Notes: generated by a model from the sequence alone, not told the origin. DNA of 57,847 bases from an uncultured Thermodesulfobacteriota bacterium (GCA_964195395.1 CAXMPP010000001.1:1-57847); one strand, 5' to 3'. Counted from the stretch's first letter, positions 1 to 10,660 are shown. Numbers and translations are program-made.

Positions 1-1545
1 ACGATTCTCGAGAAATTCAAGGGGTCGATGAAGGGTAGGACAATGTACGTGGTGCCGTTCTGCATGGGTCCTGTGGATTCACCGCTCGCAAAGATTGGTG
101 TCCAAGTCACCGACTCCGCTTATGCCGTGCTCAACATGCGTATCATGACTCACATGGGTGCCCATGTGTTAGATCGATTAGAAAAAGAAGCATTCGGCGA
201 AATTGAATCCCGCCGAACAAAACCTGGATTTTTCATTCCCTGTCTTCACTCAGTTGGCGCACCATTGGAAGAAGGACAAGAAGATGTCCCGTGGCCGTGT
301 AACGACGACAAATACATCGTTCACTTTGTACGCTCGCGCGAGATTGCATCTTATGGATCTGGCTACGGCGGAAACGCTTTGTTAGGGAAGAAATGCCTAG
401 CTCTCAGAATCGCTTCTAACATCGCGCGTGAACACGACTGGATGGCCGAACACATGTTCATCTTAGGCTTAGAGTCACCCGAGGGAGAAAAGACTTATGT
501 CACGGGCGCATTCCCTTCAGCCTGTGGAAAAACCAACCTTTCGATGATCGTCCCACCAGAGAAGTACCGCAAAGCGGGTTGGAAAACTAGCATCGTGGGG
601 GATGACATTGCTTGGCTATGGCCACATGAAGACGGAAAGCTCCATGCGATCAACCCGGAAACTGGTTACTTCGGAGTTGCTCCTGGAACATCCTACGATT
701 CGAACCCTAATGCTATGGAGTCGATGAAGGAGAACTGCATCTTCACCAACGTGGCCCTTACTGATGACGGTGATGTCTGGTGGGAGGGCATGAGCGATGA
801 AGCTCCTGCTCATTTGATTGACTGGCGAGGAAATGACTGGACTCCCGCTGATGGTGAGAATGGAGTGAAATCCGCTCATCCAAATGCCCGATTCACTGCA
901 CCTGCTGCCCAATGCCCAACAATAGACCCCGAGTGGCAAAATCCTGATGGCGTCCCCATCTCCGCGATCATCTTTGGTGGTCGCCGCAAGACGACTATGC
1001 CGCTAATTTATCAAGGATTCAACTGGGCACACGGAGTTTACATCGGAGCAACAATGGGCTCAGAAACCACAGCCGCCGCCGCTGGTGCTATGGGAGTTGT
1101 CCGACGCGACCCAATGGCAATGCTTCCCTTCTGTGGATACAACATGGGGAACTATTTCACCCATTGGCTCAAAATGGGTAAGAAGATCGATAATCTCCCA
1201 AAAATGTTCCATGTGAATTGGTTCAGGCTCGATGAAGATGGCAAGTTCCTCTGGCCTGGATTTGGCGAAAATATGCGTGTGTTAGAATGGATCGTGAACC
1301 GCTGTAAAGGTCGCGCACTCGGTCACGAGACCGCGATTGGTTGGGTCCCGAGGCGCGAAGAGATCCAGCTCGATGGACTAGAGAACTTCTCAGATGCGGA
1401 CTTTGACAAAGTCATGAAAATTTCCCCACAAGAATGGGAAAACGAATTGCTCAGCCAAGGCGAACTCTTCCTCAAGCTCCATCACTCGATACCAAAAGAC
1501 CTCATCTACCAACGCGAGTTATTAGCCTCACGTATTATAGAATAA
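1..1545 (+). CDS. pckG: Phosphoenolpyruvate carboxykinase (GTP), 5'-partial
   Basis: Frame open from base 1; motifs [56 protein letters not shown]. Confidence 0.97.
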   Translation, partial: TILEKFKGSMKGRTMYVVPFCMGPVDSPLAKIGVQVTDSAYAVLNMRIMTHMGAHVLDRLEKEAFGEIESRRTKPGFFIPCLHSVGAPLEEGQEDVPWPCNDDKYIVHFVRSREIASYGSGYGGNALLGKKCLALRIASNIAREHDWMAEHMFILGLESPEGEKTYVTGAFPSACGKTNLSMIVPPEKYRKAGWKTSIVGDDIAWLWPHEDGKLHAINPETGYFGVAPGTSYDSNPNAMESMKENCIFTNVALTDDGDVWWEGMSDEAPAHLIDWRGNDWTPADGENGVKSAHPNARFTAPAAQCPTIDPEWQNPDGVPISAIIFGGRRKTTMPLIYQGFNWAHGVYIGATMGSETTAAAAGAMGVVRRDPMAMLPFCGYNMGNYFTHWLKMGKKIDNLPKMFHVNWFRLDEDGKFLWPGFGENMRVLEWIVNRCKGRALGHETAIGWVPRREEIQLDGLENFSDADFDKVMKISPQEWENELLSQGELFLKLHHSIPKDLIYQRELLASRIIE

Positions 1546-1555
1546 ATTTAAGGTG

Positions 1556-1587
1556 AAAGCCGGGAAGCCTCGCTTCCCGGCTTTTTT
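1556..1587 (+). terminator. Intrinsic terminator
   Basis: AAAGCCGGGAAGC-CTC-GCTTCCCGGCTTT plus T-run, just after the pckG stop. Confidence 0.9.
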
Positions 1588-1678
1588 CATATCCCACGGT
1601 GGATGAAATACACTCCCAGTAATCGAAGAACAACGGAGCTTGCTAAGCCATACTGGACTCACTAAGTTGCTAGGTTCA

Positions 1679-2632
1679 ATGAACACACTCCAAGCCCTCA
1701 GTATCACAGCTACTCTAACTGCTGCTGCAACACTTTCCACAGGCATCCTCCATGCCGAAGACCGCCAGCACACTCCAGACTCATTCACATGGAACCCAGA
1801 GTTATCAACAAATGGCCCCGTCCTTGTCACTGTCAGTTTGAAGAGCCAAACAGCCGCAGTCTACCGCAATGGAATTAGGATCGGCAGCTCTGAGGTCAGC
1901 ACTGGCTTCAAAGGACACGAGACTCCCACTGGAGTTTTTCACATTTTAAACAAAGATAAGAACCACCACTCTAAAACTTACGGCAATGCGTCAATGCCCT
2001 ACTCAGAACGACTTACTTGGGATGGAGTAGCGCTGCATGCTGGCGCGGTACCTGGCCACCCGTCCTCACACGGCTGTATCCACCTCCCTTATGACTTTTC
2101 AAAGAAGCTGTTTGGAATCACTCACAACGGAACTACCGTAGTAGTTACCGACGAGGAACCCGATGTGCACGTCTCACATGGTCATAAAGTACAATTTCAA
2201 GATGGCACAACGAGCAAGTTCACTTGGCAACCTGAACTCTCACCATCTGGTCCAACATCCATGATCTTTAGCAAGCCTGACAAAAAGCTCTACCTAATCC
2301 GCAGTGGCATCACTATCGGCGAGTGCCCAGTCAAGACGAGCCTCTTCTCCAAGCACGTTAAAGGTTCTTCAGCTTTCGTGTTCAGTGGTTGGAAAGTAGA
2401 TACAAAGGACAAAACCACGAGCTCTTCTTGGACTCAAGTAAGTGGAAAGAAGGCGCATCACACAGAAACTCTTGATGAATGGTTTGCTCTCGATCAGCGC
2501 TTTCAATACCTATTGCAAGGCATCATCACCCCAGGAACCAACTTAGTTGTCACCAATGATCCAGTCAAAAAACGCACATCCAAGAGCTTCCCGCTGTTCC
2601 AAGGTCAGGTCGAAGAAAAAGAAAGCAAATAA
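1679..2632 (+). CDS. L,D-transpeptidase (YkuD family), exported
   Basis: Signal peptide from ATG 1679; TPTGVF, MPYSERL and catalytic HAG...SHGCIHLP. Confidence 0.9.
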   Translation: MNTLQALSITATLTAAATLSTGILHAEDRQHTPDSFTWNPELSTNGPVLVTVSLKSQTAAVYRNGIRIGSSEVSTGFKGHETPTGVFHILNKDKNHHSKTYGNASMPYSERLTWDGVALHAGAVPGHPSSHGCIHLPYDFSKKLFGITHNGTTVVVTDEEPDVHVSHGHKVQFQDGTTSKFTWQPELSPSGPTSMIFSKPDKKLYLIRSGITIGECPVKTSLFSKHVKGSSAFVFSGWKVDTKDKTTSSSWTQVSGKKAHHTETLDEWFALDQRFQYLLQGIITPGTNLVVTNDPVKKRTSKSFPLFQGQVEEKESK

Positions 2633-2655
2633 GTCTCGTGCTAAATTCTAACAAT

Positions 2656-3111
2656 ATGCAACCGACGCAACTTGAGCCACACCCTGAAGGCGGGAAGTTT
2701 AGGGAAATTTTCCGTTCAGTCCATTCGGTCGATAGCCCGAATTTAGGAAATCGCAGCGCCCTCACCCACATCTACTTCCAGTTAGAGAGTGGCGAGGTCA
2801 GTGCCTTTCATAAAGTCAGCAGCGAAGAGGTCTGGAACCTCTATAAAGGGGAAGGACTGAGGCTCTATCAATGGGATGGCGAAAGTAATCAGGTGGAAGT
2901 AATTGAGCTATCAGACGCAGCTAACCAATTTTGCCACGTTGTCCCAGCCCACCATTGGCAAGCAGCTGAGCCACTAGGAGACTCTACACTTGTAGGCTGC
3001 AGTGTGGCTCCGGGCTTTGAGTTCCAAGACTTCACACTCTTGCGTGATTGTTGTGGACTGGCCGAACAACTCAAGACGAAGCAACCGAAGCTGGTTCATT
3101 TGATCCGCTAA
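2656..3111 (+). CDS. Cupin_5 (DUF985) protein
   Basis: LEPHPEGG-F-E, T-IYF-L, FHKV-SEEVW, WQAA, LVGCSVAPGFEF-DF. Confidence 0.9.
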   Translation: MQPTQLEPHPEGGKFREIFRSVHSVDSPNLGNRSALTHIYFQLESGEVSAFHKVSSEEVWNLYKGEGLRLYQWDGESNQVEVIELSDAANQFCHVVPAHHWQAAEPLGDSTLVGCSVAPGFEFQDFTLLRDCCGLAEQLKTKQPKLVHLIR

Positions 3112-3199
3112 CAAAAGTCGCTACGCTCGATTTAATATTTTTTGACTTTTCTTTTTTGGGCTGATCGGAGGTTGTGGAGAATGAGGAGTCAACCTCGCC

Positions 3200-3220
3200 G
3201 GACGTTTCGGAGAAACGTCC
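3200..3220. repeat. REP-like GC-rich palindrome
   Basis: GGACGTTTC-GGA-GAAACGTCC between convergent genes, with no U-tract. Confidence 0.6.
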
Positions 3221-3320
3221 CTGCCTTATAATCCGTGAAATCAGCGTAATCCGTGATGGGAATTGTTTCATCATACAGGTCTGAAAGCTGAACACTGCTA
3301 ACTGAACACTTCTCGCTGGC

Positions 3321-4649
3321 TCAGTAAGGCAGCCTTAGAGTTCCATGTTCGGCATCTCTGAGGACCTCGGCAACCTGCTGGACTACGTAAACTAGCTCTC
3401 CGAGTGTGATGTAGAAGGATGGGGTGAAAGCTAAGATATTTCCATCCGGCCCATCTGCTAACATCACTACTCCGCGCTTGAGCATCTCGCCTAACAAGCG
3501 TCCGGCTACATCCCCAGCTGGACGTCCGTCTGGGTGACGGAGTTCGACTCCAACCATCAGCCCACGCCCACGCACTTCATAAATGAGAGCTGAGTCGATA
3601 TCTTCTAACATCGCCTTCAGTTCACGCCCCTGGCGTTCCACATCTACGGCGACAGTGGGGTCCTTATGTATATCAAGCGCTCGAACAGCCATCGCACACC
3701 CTACTGGATTTCCTAGGAAGGTACTGGTATGCAGGGCTTCGCCTGGGCTCACCGGCCACTTGTCCATGACCGAGGCCTTGCCTATGCAGGCAGAAATAGG
3801 ATACCCACCGCTCAGGGCTTTCCCCACACAAATGAGGTCAGGAAAGACACCTTCCCACTCACAGGCAAAAAGCCGGCCAGTTCGGTTGAATCCACTATAG
3901 ATTTCATCAAATATCAAAACGATTTCGTGCGCATCTGCCCAATCACGTAGGATTTTAAGGAAGCCCATCGGTGGGACTATTTTTCCACCGCGCCCTTGGA
4001 TAGGTTCTACTAACAACGCACCAATCTCGTGGACTGGCAGCGCCTCAAGTTCGTTCTTGAGTTTTACAAGGTCATCCTTGGTGGATGGAAATGCTACAGG
4101 ATAGCGCACATCTGCGAGTTGTGGATCAAAGGGTCCTCGAAATTTATCAAAGCCACCACCGAGCAATGCACCGTAGCCGAGTCCATGGTAAGCATTTTCA
4201 AAATGCACAATACCAGCTCTACCACTAGCAATGAATGCTGTCTTCAAGGCAGTCTCGACCGATTCGGAGCCTGAATTAGCTAGGACAGTTTTTCCGACAT
4301 CTAAGCCCCAGCGTTCGAAGGTCATGGCGGACAAGCGCTTGCAGACTTCAATTTTAAGCTCGGTCGGGTGGACATCCCCCATCGCATGCATCAACTTTGC
4401 GCTTTGCTCGACCATCGCCTCGCGAACTGGTTGGTGGGTGTGGCCTAGACCCGCGACACCAAAGGCGCTGGTGACATCGATAAAGCGATTGCCATCTGCA
4501 TCCCAGACGCAGCTGCCCTCAGCACGTTCCCAAAAAATAGGCCAGTCATCGGCAACGTAAGTCACGTTATGGCTCTCGTATTTGCGAAGCTCAACCGCTA
4601 GGGCAAGAGAGCGCGGACCAGGAATCTCAGTTATTAGCTCAGGTAACAT
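3321..4649 (-). CDS. Class III PLP aminotransferase (GabT/ArgD-like)
   Basis: DADGNRFID, SGSESVE, YHG, EPIQGRGG, LIFDEIYSGF-RTG, PDLICVGKALSGG; start may be up to 4670. Confidence 0.9.
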   Translation of the reverse strand: MLPELITEIPGPRSLALAVELRKYESHNVTYVADDWPIFWERAEGSCVWDADGNRFIDVTSAFGVAGLGHTHQPVREAMVEQSAKLMHAMGDVHPTELKIEVCKRLSAMTFERWGLDVGKTVLANSGSESVETALKTAFIASGRAGIVHFENAYHGLGYGALLGGGFDKFRGPFDPQLADVRYPVAFPSTKDDLVKLKNELEALPVHEIGALLVEPIQGRGGKIVPPMGFLKILRDWADAHEIVLIFDEIYSGFNRTGRLFACEWEGVFPDLICVGKALSGGYPISACIGKASVMDKWPVSPGEALHTSTFLGNPVGCAMAVRALDIHKDPTVAVDVERQGRELKAMLEDIDSALIYEVRGRGLMVGVELRHPDGRPAGDVAGRLLGEMLKRGVVMLADGPDGNILAFTPSFYITLGELVYVVQQVAEVLRDAEHGTLRLPY

Positions 4650-4773
4650 CAGTGTCAGCATCATTCTCATCTCCCCGAAAATGACAACGCTAAAGACGAT
4701 TCGAAGAATTTGAGTCTTTCGCTTCTTGCGTCTCAGAGAAATCCGTGCTCATCTCCGCGCCCACACCCACCTT

Positions 4774-5442
4774 ATGTATTCTCACATCATCTTTGACCTT
4801 GATGGCACCCTCATCGAGTCCCTCCTAGGGATAGCGACTGCCCTCAATGAAGCTTTAGCTGAGCACCAACTGCCCACACACAGCACAGATGCTATCCGCA
4901 CCTTCATCGGTGACGGCTCACACTCCTTGTGTGCCCGCGCTATGACGGAGCAATCAGAAGACTCCATAGAGCGTGTTCACCAGAGCTTCCTTAAGGAATA
5001 TTCTAAGGCGTGGAAAAATGGCACCATTGTTTTTGAAGGCATCCAAGAGTTGATTCATTCACTTAAATCCATGGATTGCTCTCTGAGCGTCCTCTCAAAT
5101 AAGCCACATTCCTTCACCACTGAAATGGTGGATTACTTTTTCCCAGATAAACCATTCGATCTCGTTCTCGGGCAACGTGAAGGCATCGCAAAAAAACCTG
5201 ATCCATCAGGCGTTCATGAGCTCTTAGGTGAGCTCGGACAATCGAGTAACAACTCGGTCCTTGTCGGAGATTCAACCATCGACATCGTCACAGCACGTAA
5301 TGCTGGGATAGGCTCGATAGCTGTGACATGGGGCTACAATGATCTCGACCAGCTGACTTCAGTCTCGCCGAAACATACAGCTAAGAGCATAGAACATCTC
5401 ATCGAGATTCTGACTCCTAAAAATGTGCCAGCCTTTCGCTAA
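4774..5442 (+). CDS. HAD-family phosphatase (Gph-like)
   Basis: IFDLDGTL, SNK, KKPDP, VGDS-ID motifs. Confidence 0.9.
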   Translation: MYSHIIFDLDGTLIESLLGIATALNEALAEHQLPTHSTDAIRTFIGDGSHSLCARAMTEQSEDSIERVHQSFLKEYSKAWKNGTIVFEGIQELIHSLKSMDCSLSVLSNKPHSFTTEMVDYFFPDKPFDLVLGQREGIAKKPDPSGVHELLGELGQSSNNSVLVGDSTIDIVTARNAGIGSIAVTWGYNDLDQLTSVSPKHTAKSIEHLIEILTPKNVPAFR

Positions 5443-5535
5443 GGCTCATTCTTCTCTCGAATAGATCTGACCAACTCCCCTTTTTTGTGAAAAATTCTCT
5501 AGCGCTCAGCGTTATTTTACAAAAGGATACGCGGC

Positions 5536-7416
5536 ATGGCGAAAACCACTGCGAGTGAGACTGAAAAGATGCCGGGCGGCATCCCTTATATTATAGGCAA
5601 CGAAGCCGCCGAGCGCTTCTCGTTTTACGGAATGAAGGCCGCCTTGGTGGTCTTCATGACTCAGTACCTCCACCTCATGGGAAACACCGCAGGTGATCCG
5701 ATGAGTTCCGCTCAAGCAAATGCGAACCAGCATTACTTTGTAAGTTTTATATACCTCACTCCACTGTTCGGAGCTATTATCTCTGACCGATTTCTCGGAA
5801 AATACAAGACGATCATTTGGCTCTCCATCGTTTACTGTTTTGGCCACGGTGCCTTAGCATTGATGGGGATAGCGGGTCCTGCTGTTTGGTGGTTGCTAGC
5901 TGGGCTCGGTCTCATCGGCATCGGTGGAGGCGGCATCAAGCCCTGTGTTTCGGCCCACGTTGGCGACCAATTTGGCGTCAATAACCAACATCTTCTCACC
6001 AAAGTATTCAATTGGTTCTACTTCTCTATCAACCTAGGAGCAGCTCTCTCAAATTTACTCATTCCATGGTTGCTCAAGTGGTACGGCCCTCACTGGGCTT
6101 TCGGGATCCCTGGCTCGCTGATGGCTCTTGCGACTCTCATGTTTTGGCTTGGCCGCAGTAAGTTTGTCCACATTCCACCGGCTGGCAAAAAATTCACCCG
6201 AGAATTCTTCTCAGCTGAGGGCCTCAAAACCACGGCAAAGCTCTGTAGCATCTTTTTCTTCATCCCAATCTTCTGGGCGCTATTTGACCAAACGGCCTCG
6301 AGCTGGGTCTTTCAAGCGATTGATATGGACCGAGTTATATTTGGTGTCAACATTCTCCCGTCGCAAGTTCAGGCGGCTAATCCGTTCTTAATCCTCCTTC
6401 TCATCCCGCTTTTCACCTACGTGATCTACCCACAGGTGAACAAAGTGTGGCCGCTCAACCCGCTGCGTAAAATTGGGATTGGCTTATTCATCACAGTGAT
6501 TGCCTTTGGCTTCTCAGCTCTTATTCAGGAATGGATCGATGCTGGTCAACGCCCTAACATTGGATGGCAGATTTTAGCCTACGCGCTGCTCACCTCTGCG
6601 GAGATAATGGTATCTATCGTCTGCCTCGAGTTTGCCTACACCCAAGCGCCGAAAAGCATGAAATCCATGATCATGTCTATTTTCCTCCTCACCGTGGCTT
6701 TAGGTAATGCTATCACAGGAACGATCAACCATTTCATCCAGACGCCAAATCCCCTAGCCAAAGAAGCTACCGAGGCTCAAGAACAGCTCAAAAGCTCAAG
6801 TGCGGCTCCATCCTCTCACCACCCAAGCTGGTTCAGCCATAGTTATGCAGGATTCGACGGGAAAATGGGAACCAACGATGACATCGTAACCCATTTCACC
6901 GATAAGGCTGTGATAAAAAAGCGTGACGTCCCAGCTGAGGACTCACTGCTGAAGGCAGCTAAAATCATCGAAACAAAAACACTCGCTGCCAAAGGTAAGC
7001 TTCCTATGACTGAGGCTGGAATCAAACTCGTCAGTGAACTCAAAGACCCATGGGGAAATCCACTTAACTACCGATTGATGAATGGTAACACCTTCCGTAT
7101 CACTTCAATGGGACCAGACAAGGCAGCTCTCACGAAATGGGACACTGGCATCGTGATCAAATACGTAGCTAGTTCAGAATCAGCGGACGATTCACCCAAT
7201 GAAGTAACTTGGTTAGACCAACGGAAACAAGTGCTCGGCTTCAACGAGGCCTCTGAGCACGAATATTTTGATGATCCGAATTTCAAACGACACTTCATTG
7301 CTGGAGGCGTCTACAAGTTAGAGGGCGCAAATTACTTCTGGTTTTTTACTGGGTTGATGTTTGCAACAGCCATCATCTTCGTCCCTGTTTCGATGAAGTT
7401 TAAACTCAAAGAATAA
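5536..7416 (+). CDS. POT/PTR proton-dependent oligopeptide transporter with a large extracytoplasmic insertion
   Basis: NEAAERFSFYGM, GGIKPCVS-HVGDQF, FYFSINLG, FWALFDQ, LEFAYTQAP-SMKS. Confidence 0.93.
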   Translation: MAKTTASETEKMPGGIPYIIGNEAAERFSFYGMKAALVVFMTQYLHLMGNTAGDPMSSAQANANQHYFVSFIYLTPLFGAIISDRFLGKYKTIIWLSIVYCFGHGALALMGIAGPAVWWLLAGLGLIGIGGGGIKPCVSAHVGDQFGVNNQHLLTKVFNWFYFSINLGAALSNLLIPWLLKWYGPHWAFGIPGSLMALATLMFWLGRSKFVHIPPAGKKFTREFFSAEGLKTTAKLCSIFFFIPIFWALFDQTASSWVFQAIDMDRVIFGVNILPSQVQAANPFLILLLIPLFTYVIYPQVNKVWPLNPLRKIGIGLFITVIAFGFSALIQEWIDAGQRPNIGWQILAYALLTSAEIMVSIVCLEFAYTQAPKSMKSMIMSIFLLTVALGNAITGTINHFIQTPNPLAKEATEAQEQLKSSSAAPSSHHPSWFSHSYAGFDGKMGTNDDIVTHFTDKAVIKKRDVPAEDSLLKAAKIIETKTLAAKGKLPMTEAGIKLVSELKDPWGNPLNYRLMNGNTFRITSMGPDKAALTKWDTGIVIKYVASSESADDSPNEVTWLDQRKQVLGFNEASEHEYFDDPNFKRHFIAGGVYKLEGANYFWFFTGLMFATAIIFVPVSMKFKLKE

Positions 7417-7427
7417 TACTACTGCGT

Positions 7428-7928
7428 ATGTTTCGTGCTCTTACCATTCTCGTTCTCTGTTGCCTCTTCACCTCTTGTGACAAGCAATCTGAAGCGAGAG
7501 ACTCCGCACTTCAAGAAGAGCGAAAGAAGGCGATACTGAAGCAGCACACTGAGTACGAAGAAGAACTACGGGAAGCTACAGAGCGAGAGGAAGAGCTCGA
7601 GGCTCGGCAGTTAGAAATCCACCGCAAGTTCGATGAAGCCGAAGCAAAGCGGAAGCTCATCGAAGCTGCCGAAGCCGAAACTGCCGCTAAAGCCCTAGTG
7701 AAAAAAGCTGAGGCAGAGCGCAAGGCTGCACGAAAAGCAATTCTCCACAAAAAGTTCTCATCCCTCAGCCTCCGCGACGGCACACGCTATCAAGAGGTAG
7801 AAATCATTAAGGTCAGCGATTCTGGCATCACGATCACCCATCGCAACGGGGCTCGAGGCATTGATTTTTCTCAGCTCCCTTACAGTCTGCAGTTGGCGTG
7901 TAAGTACGTTTCAGCACCAGCAAACTGA
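7428..7928 (+). CDS. Hypothetical lipoprotein, coiled coil plus small C-terminal beta domain
   Basis: Lipobox-like FTSC; E/K/A-rich helix; C-terminal L-DG--Y--V-I-KV---GI-I-H--G. Confidence 0.7.
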   Translation: MFRALTILVLCCLFTSCDKQSEARDSALQEERKKAILKQHTEYEEELREATEREEELEARQLEIHRKFDEAEAKRKLIEAAEAETAAKALVKKAEAERKAARKAILHKKFSSLSLRDGTRYQEVEIIKVSDSGITITHRNGARGIDFSQLPYSLQLACKYVSAPAN

Positions 7929-8106
7929 CTCTATTCAAACAGCCCAGCAATCATTTTAACGTTAGATCGCAATCTTCTTATGAAATTCGCTTAACTAGCG
8001 GTTGACGTGGGGCTAAAACAAGTTCATGAACTTCTGACCGATTTTAAAGAATCGGTAGCTTGGAGCGTACCAACACGTCTCTAGCAAATTGCAGAAGTAT
8101 ATTCTC

Positions 8107-10614
8107 ATGACAACATTACTCGCCTCATCACCCAGCAGCGACACCACCATGGTGCTCTTTTCCGGAGTTTCCATCCTGATCTTGCTATTCTGGTACCTCG
8201 CTACTGATAAAGATAGAGTGAAGCGCAACGTAGGCTCAGCCATCGTTTTGCTCATCGCCGTCTTCTCACTCTTTGCTATCATTTCTCCTTCTAGCCTGAT
8301 GCAGGTTATCTCTGGTGAAAAAAGCCTTAGTGAAGCTCACAACCTCCAAGGCGGAATCGAAATCGTCGGTGGTTCAGCCTTCATCATCGAGGTTAAGCCA
8401 AACATCGACGAAGGAACCGGCGAAGAAATTCAACTCACGCCTTCTGCGATGGATACAGCTAAGAGCATCCTCGAAAAGCGTCTCAACGACTCTGGAACGC
8501 TCGACGCTCCAGTTTCTGTTCAAGGAAATCGTATCGAAATCCAGATCCCTAAGATCGACCCAGCAGATGCTGCAGCTCTGAAGAAGATCCTAACGACTAC
8601 CGCAAAACTCACCATTCACAAAGCTCACCCGCAGTCACAGCGACTCGCTGAGCTCGTTTTCAAAGGAGAAGAGACAGTCCCAGGCTACCGCGCCTACCCA
8701 CAGGACGTGAAAACTGAAGAAGGCGAGGTCATAGGCACTCGCTACCTGCTAGTATCGCGCAAACCTGCACTCACGGGTAAAGAGGTCGCAGCTGCTTGGC
8801 CTGACAGAGCTACTAACACATCTGTAAATATTGAGCTAACATCCACTGGAGGCAAACAAATGGAAACCTTCACCCGCACACTCAAGCCTGGTGTAGATCT
8901 CATTGTTTCCATCCTTGATGGTAAAGTCATCAATGCCGCAACTCTCCGACAACAAGTACTCTCCAGCCGTTTCCAAATCACTGGACTCGACTCTCTTGAG
9001 GAATGTGAAGAACTCTCTAAAGGGCTTTCCAACCCGATGGAAAACGACATCGAAGTCATCGACGAACGCACCATCTCCGCGACACTCGGTGAAGCCACTG
9101 TCAAGCAAGGCATCAATGCTGGCCTAGCTGGTCTAGCGCTGACAATCATGTTCATTCTCCTTTACTACCGCTACTCCGGTATCGTGGCGATCGTTGGACT
9201 ATCACTCAACATCCTCATCCTGTTTGGAGCCATGGCGCTATTCAATGCGTCCTTCACCCTTCCAGGTATTGCGGGCATCATCCTCACCATTGGTGTGGCA
9301 GTCGACGCCAACGTACTCATTTACGAGCGCATGCGTGAAGAACTAGCCAACGGCAAGTCAGTCCACGCATCTATCAAAGCTGCTTACGAAAAAGCATTCT
9401 CAGCAATTTTCGATGCCAACATCACCACACTCCTTACAGCGCTTATTCTTTTCTGGAGAGCAACTGGATCAGTCAAAGGCTTCGCAGTCACCCTCACCAT
9501 GGGTATTCTCGGCACCATGCTATCAGCCCTTCTTTGTACTCGCATCATGTTCGCATGGAGTGAAGACACGGGCATCCTTAAAAAGATCAAATTCATGGAC
9601 CTCGTTCCGAAGAAGGTCTTCGACTTCCTCGGTAAGCGCAAACTAGCCTTCACCCTTTCTGGTGTGATGATCACTGGTGGCCTCGTCGCTCTAGGCGTCA
9701 AAGGCGAATCACATCTCGGAATTGATTTCGTAGGTGGTAGCGTGACTCGTTTTGAAATCCCAAGCGGCCACCCACTCACTCAATTAGAAGCTCAAACCAT
9801 CATTGCTGGTGTGGAAACTGAAAAAGCGGCTTCTACTCAGATTGAAAAAACTGCTAATGGCGACTCATTCCTCACGATCAAGTCCACACGCTCTGACAGC
9901 CCAGCGCTGATTGAGGCCGTGCGCACACAGATACCAGGATTCAATGACAAAGAAGAGCTCGGCGCCACTGAAACAAAAATTCTCGATGAAGACGGCAATC
10001 CAGTCGTTCACTATGTTGTCGACGCCAGCACCTCTGCAGTCAGCCCGACACTTGGTGGTGAATTCCTCGAAAATGCTATTTGGGCGCTAAGCCTCGGCAT
10101 ATTCTGTGTTCTTATCTACATCACCCTACGATTTGAGTTCTCGTTCGCTCTCGGCGCATTCCTTGCGCTGGTGCACGATATCCTCATTGTTCTAGGAGTC
10201 CTCATCGTCACAGGCCAGGAACTCTCCCTCATCCATGTGGGTGCCTTCCTCACCATCGCAGGTTACTCGATCAACGATACGATCGTGGTATTTGACCGCT
10301 TACGTGAAGACCTCAAGACCAAGCGTGGCGATGTCCGTGATGTCATGAACTCAGCCATCAGCACAACACTCTCCCGTACGATTATCACATCCGTGACGAC
10401 CTTCGTGTCTGTGGCTGTGCTTTACTTCTACGGCGGAGCTTCACTCAAAGCGTTCTCATTCACCATCATGATCGGTGTTATCGTAGGAACATACTCCTCG
10501 ATCTTCATCGCATCACCAATCGTGTACATCTTCAGCAAGGTTCGTGGCATCAACCTCCGTCGCGAGGTGCTTGACGCAGAGCTTGAGTCAGAGATCAACC
10601 CACAGAACGTCTAA
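8107..10614 (+). CDS. secDF: Protein translocase subunit SecDF (fused)
   Basis: TLPGIAGIILTIG-AVDANVLIYER, IFDANITT, GIDFVGG, GYSINDTIVVFDR-RE. Confidence 0.97.
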   Translation: MTTLLASSPSSDTTMVLFSGVSILILLFWYLATDKDRVKRNVGSAIVLLIAVFSLFAIISPSSLMQVISGEKSLSEAHNLQGGIEIVGGSAFIIEVKPNIDEGTGEEIQLTPSAMDTAKSILEKRLNDSGTLDAPVSVQGNRIEIQIPKIDPADAAALKKILTTTAKLTIHKAHPQSQRLAELVFKGEETVPGYRAYPQDVKTEEGEVIGTRYLLVSRKPALTGKEVAAAWPDRATNTSVNIELTSTGGKQMETFTRTLKPGVDLIVSILDGKVINAATLRQQVLSSRFQITGLDSLEECEELSKGLSNPMENDIEVIDERTISATLGEATVKQGINAGLAGLALTIMFILLYYRYSGIVAIVGLSLNILILFGAMALFNASFTLPGIAGIILTIGVAVDANVLIYERMREELANGKSVHASIKAAYEKAFSAIFDANITTLLTALILFWRATGSVKGFAVTLTMGILGTMLSALLCTRIMFAWSEDTGILKKIKFMDLVPKKVFDFLGKRKLAFTLSGVMITGGLVALGVKGESHLGIDFVGGSVTRFEIPSGHPLTQLEAQTIIAGVETEKAASTQIEKTANGDSFLTIKSTRSDSPALIEAVRTQIPGFNDKEELGATETKILDEDGNPVVHYVVDASTSAVSPTLGGEFLENAIWALSLGIFCVLIYITLRFEFSFALGAFLALVHDILIVLGVLIVTGQELSLIHVGAFLTIAGYSINDTIVVFDRLREDLKTKRGDVRDVMNSAISTTLSRTIITSVTTFVSVAVLYFYGGASLKAFSFTIMIGVIVGTYSSIFIASPIVYIFSKVRGINLRREVLDAELESEINPQNV

Positions 10615-10627
10615 TTCAATTTCACCT

Positions 10628-10660
10628 AAAGGCGCTTCCAGCAATGGAAGCGCCTTTTTT
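10628..10660 (+). terminator. Intrinsic terminator
   Basis: AAAGGCGCTTCCA-GCAA-TGGAAGCGCCTTT plus T-run. Confidence 0.92.

Noticed and set aside
3105-3160. attC-like start (CTAACAA...CGCTACGCTCG) after the cupin stop
   Set aside because: No complementary GTTRRRY end at a suitable distance and no integrase or cassette array
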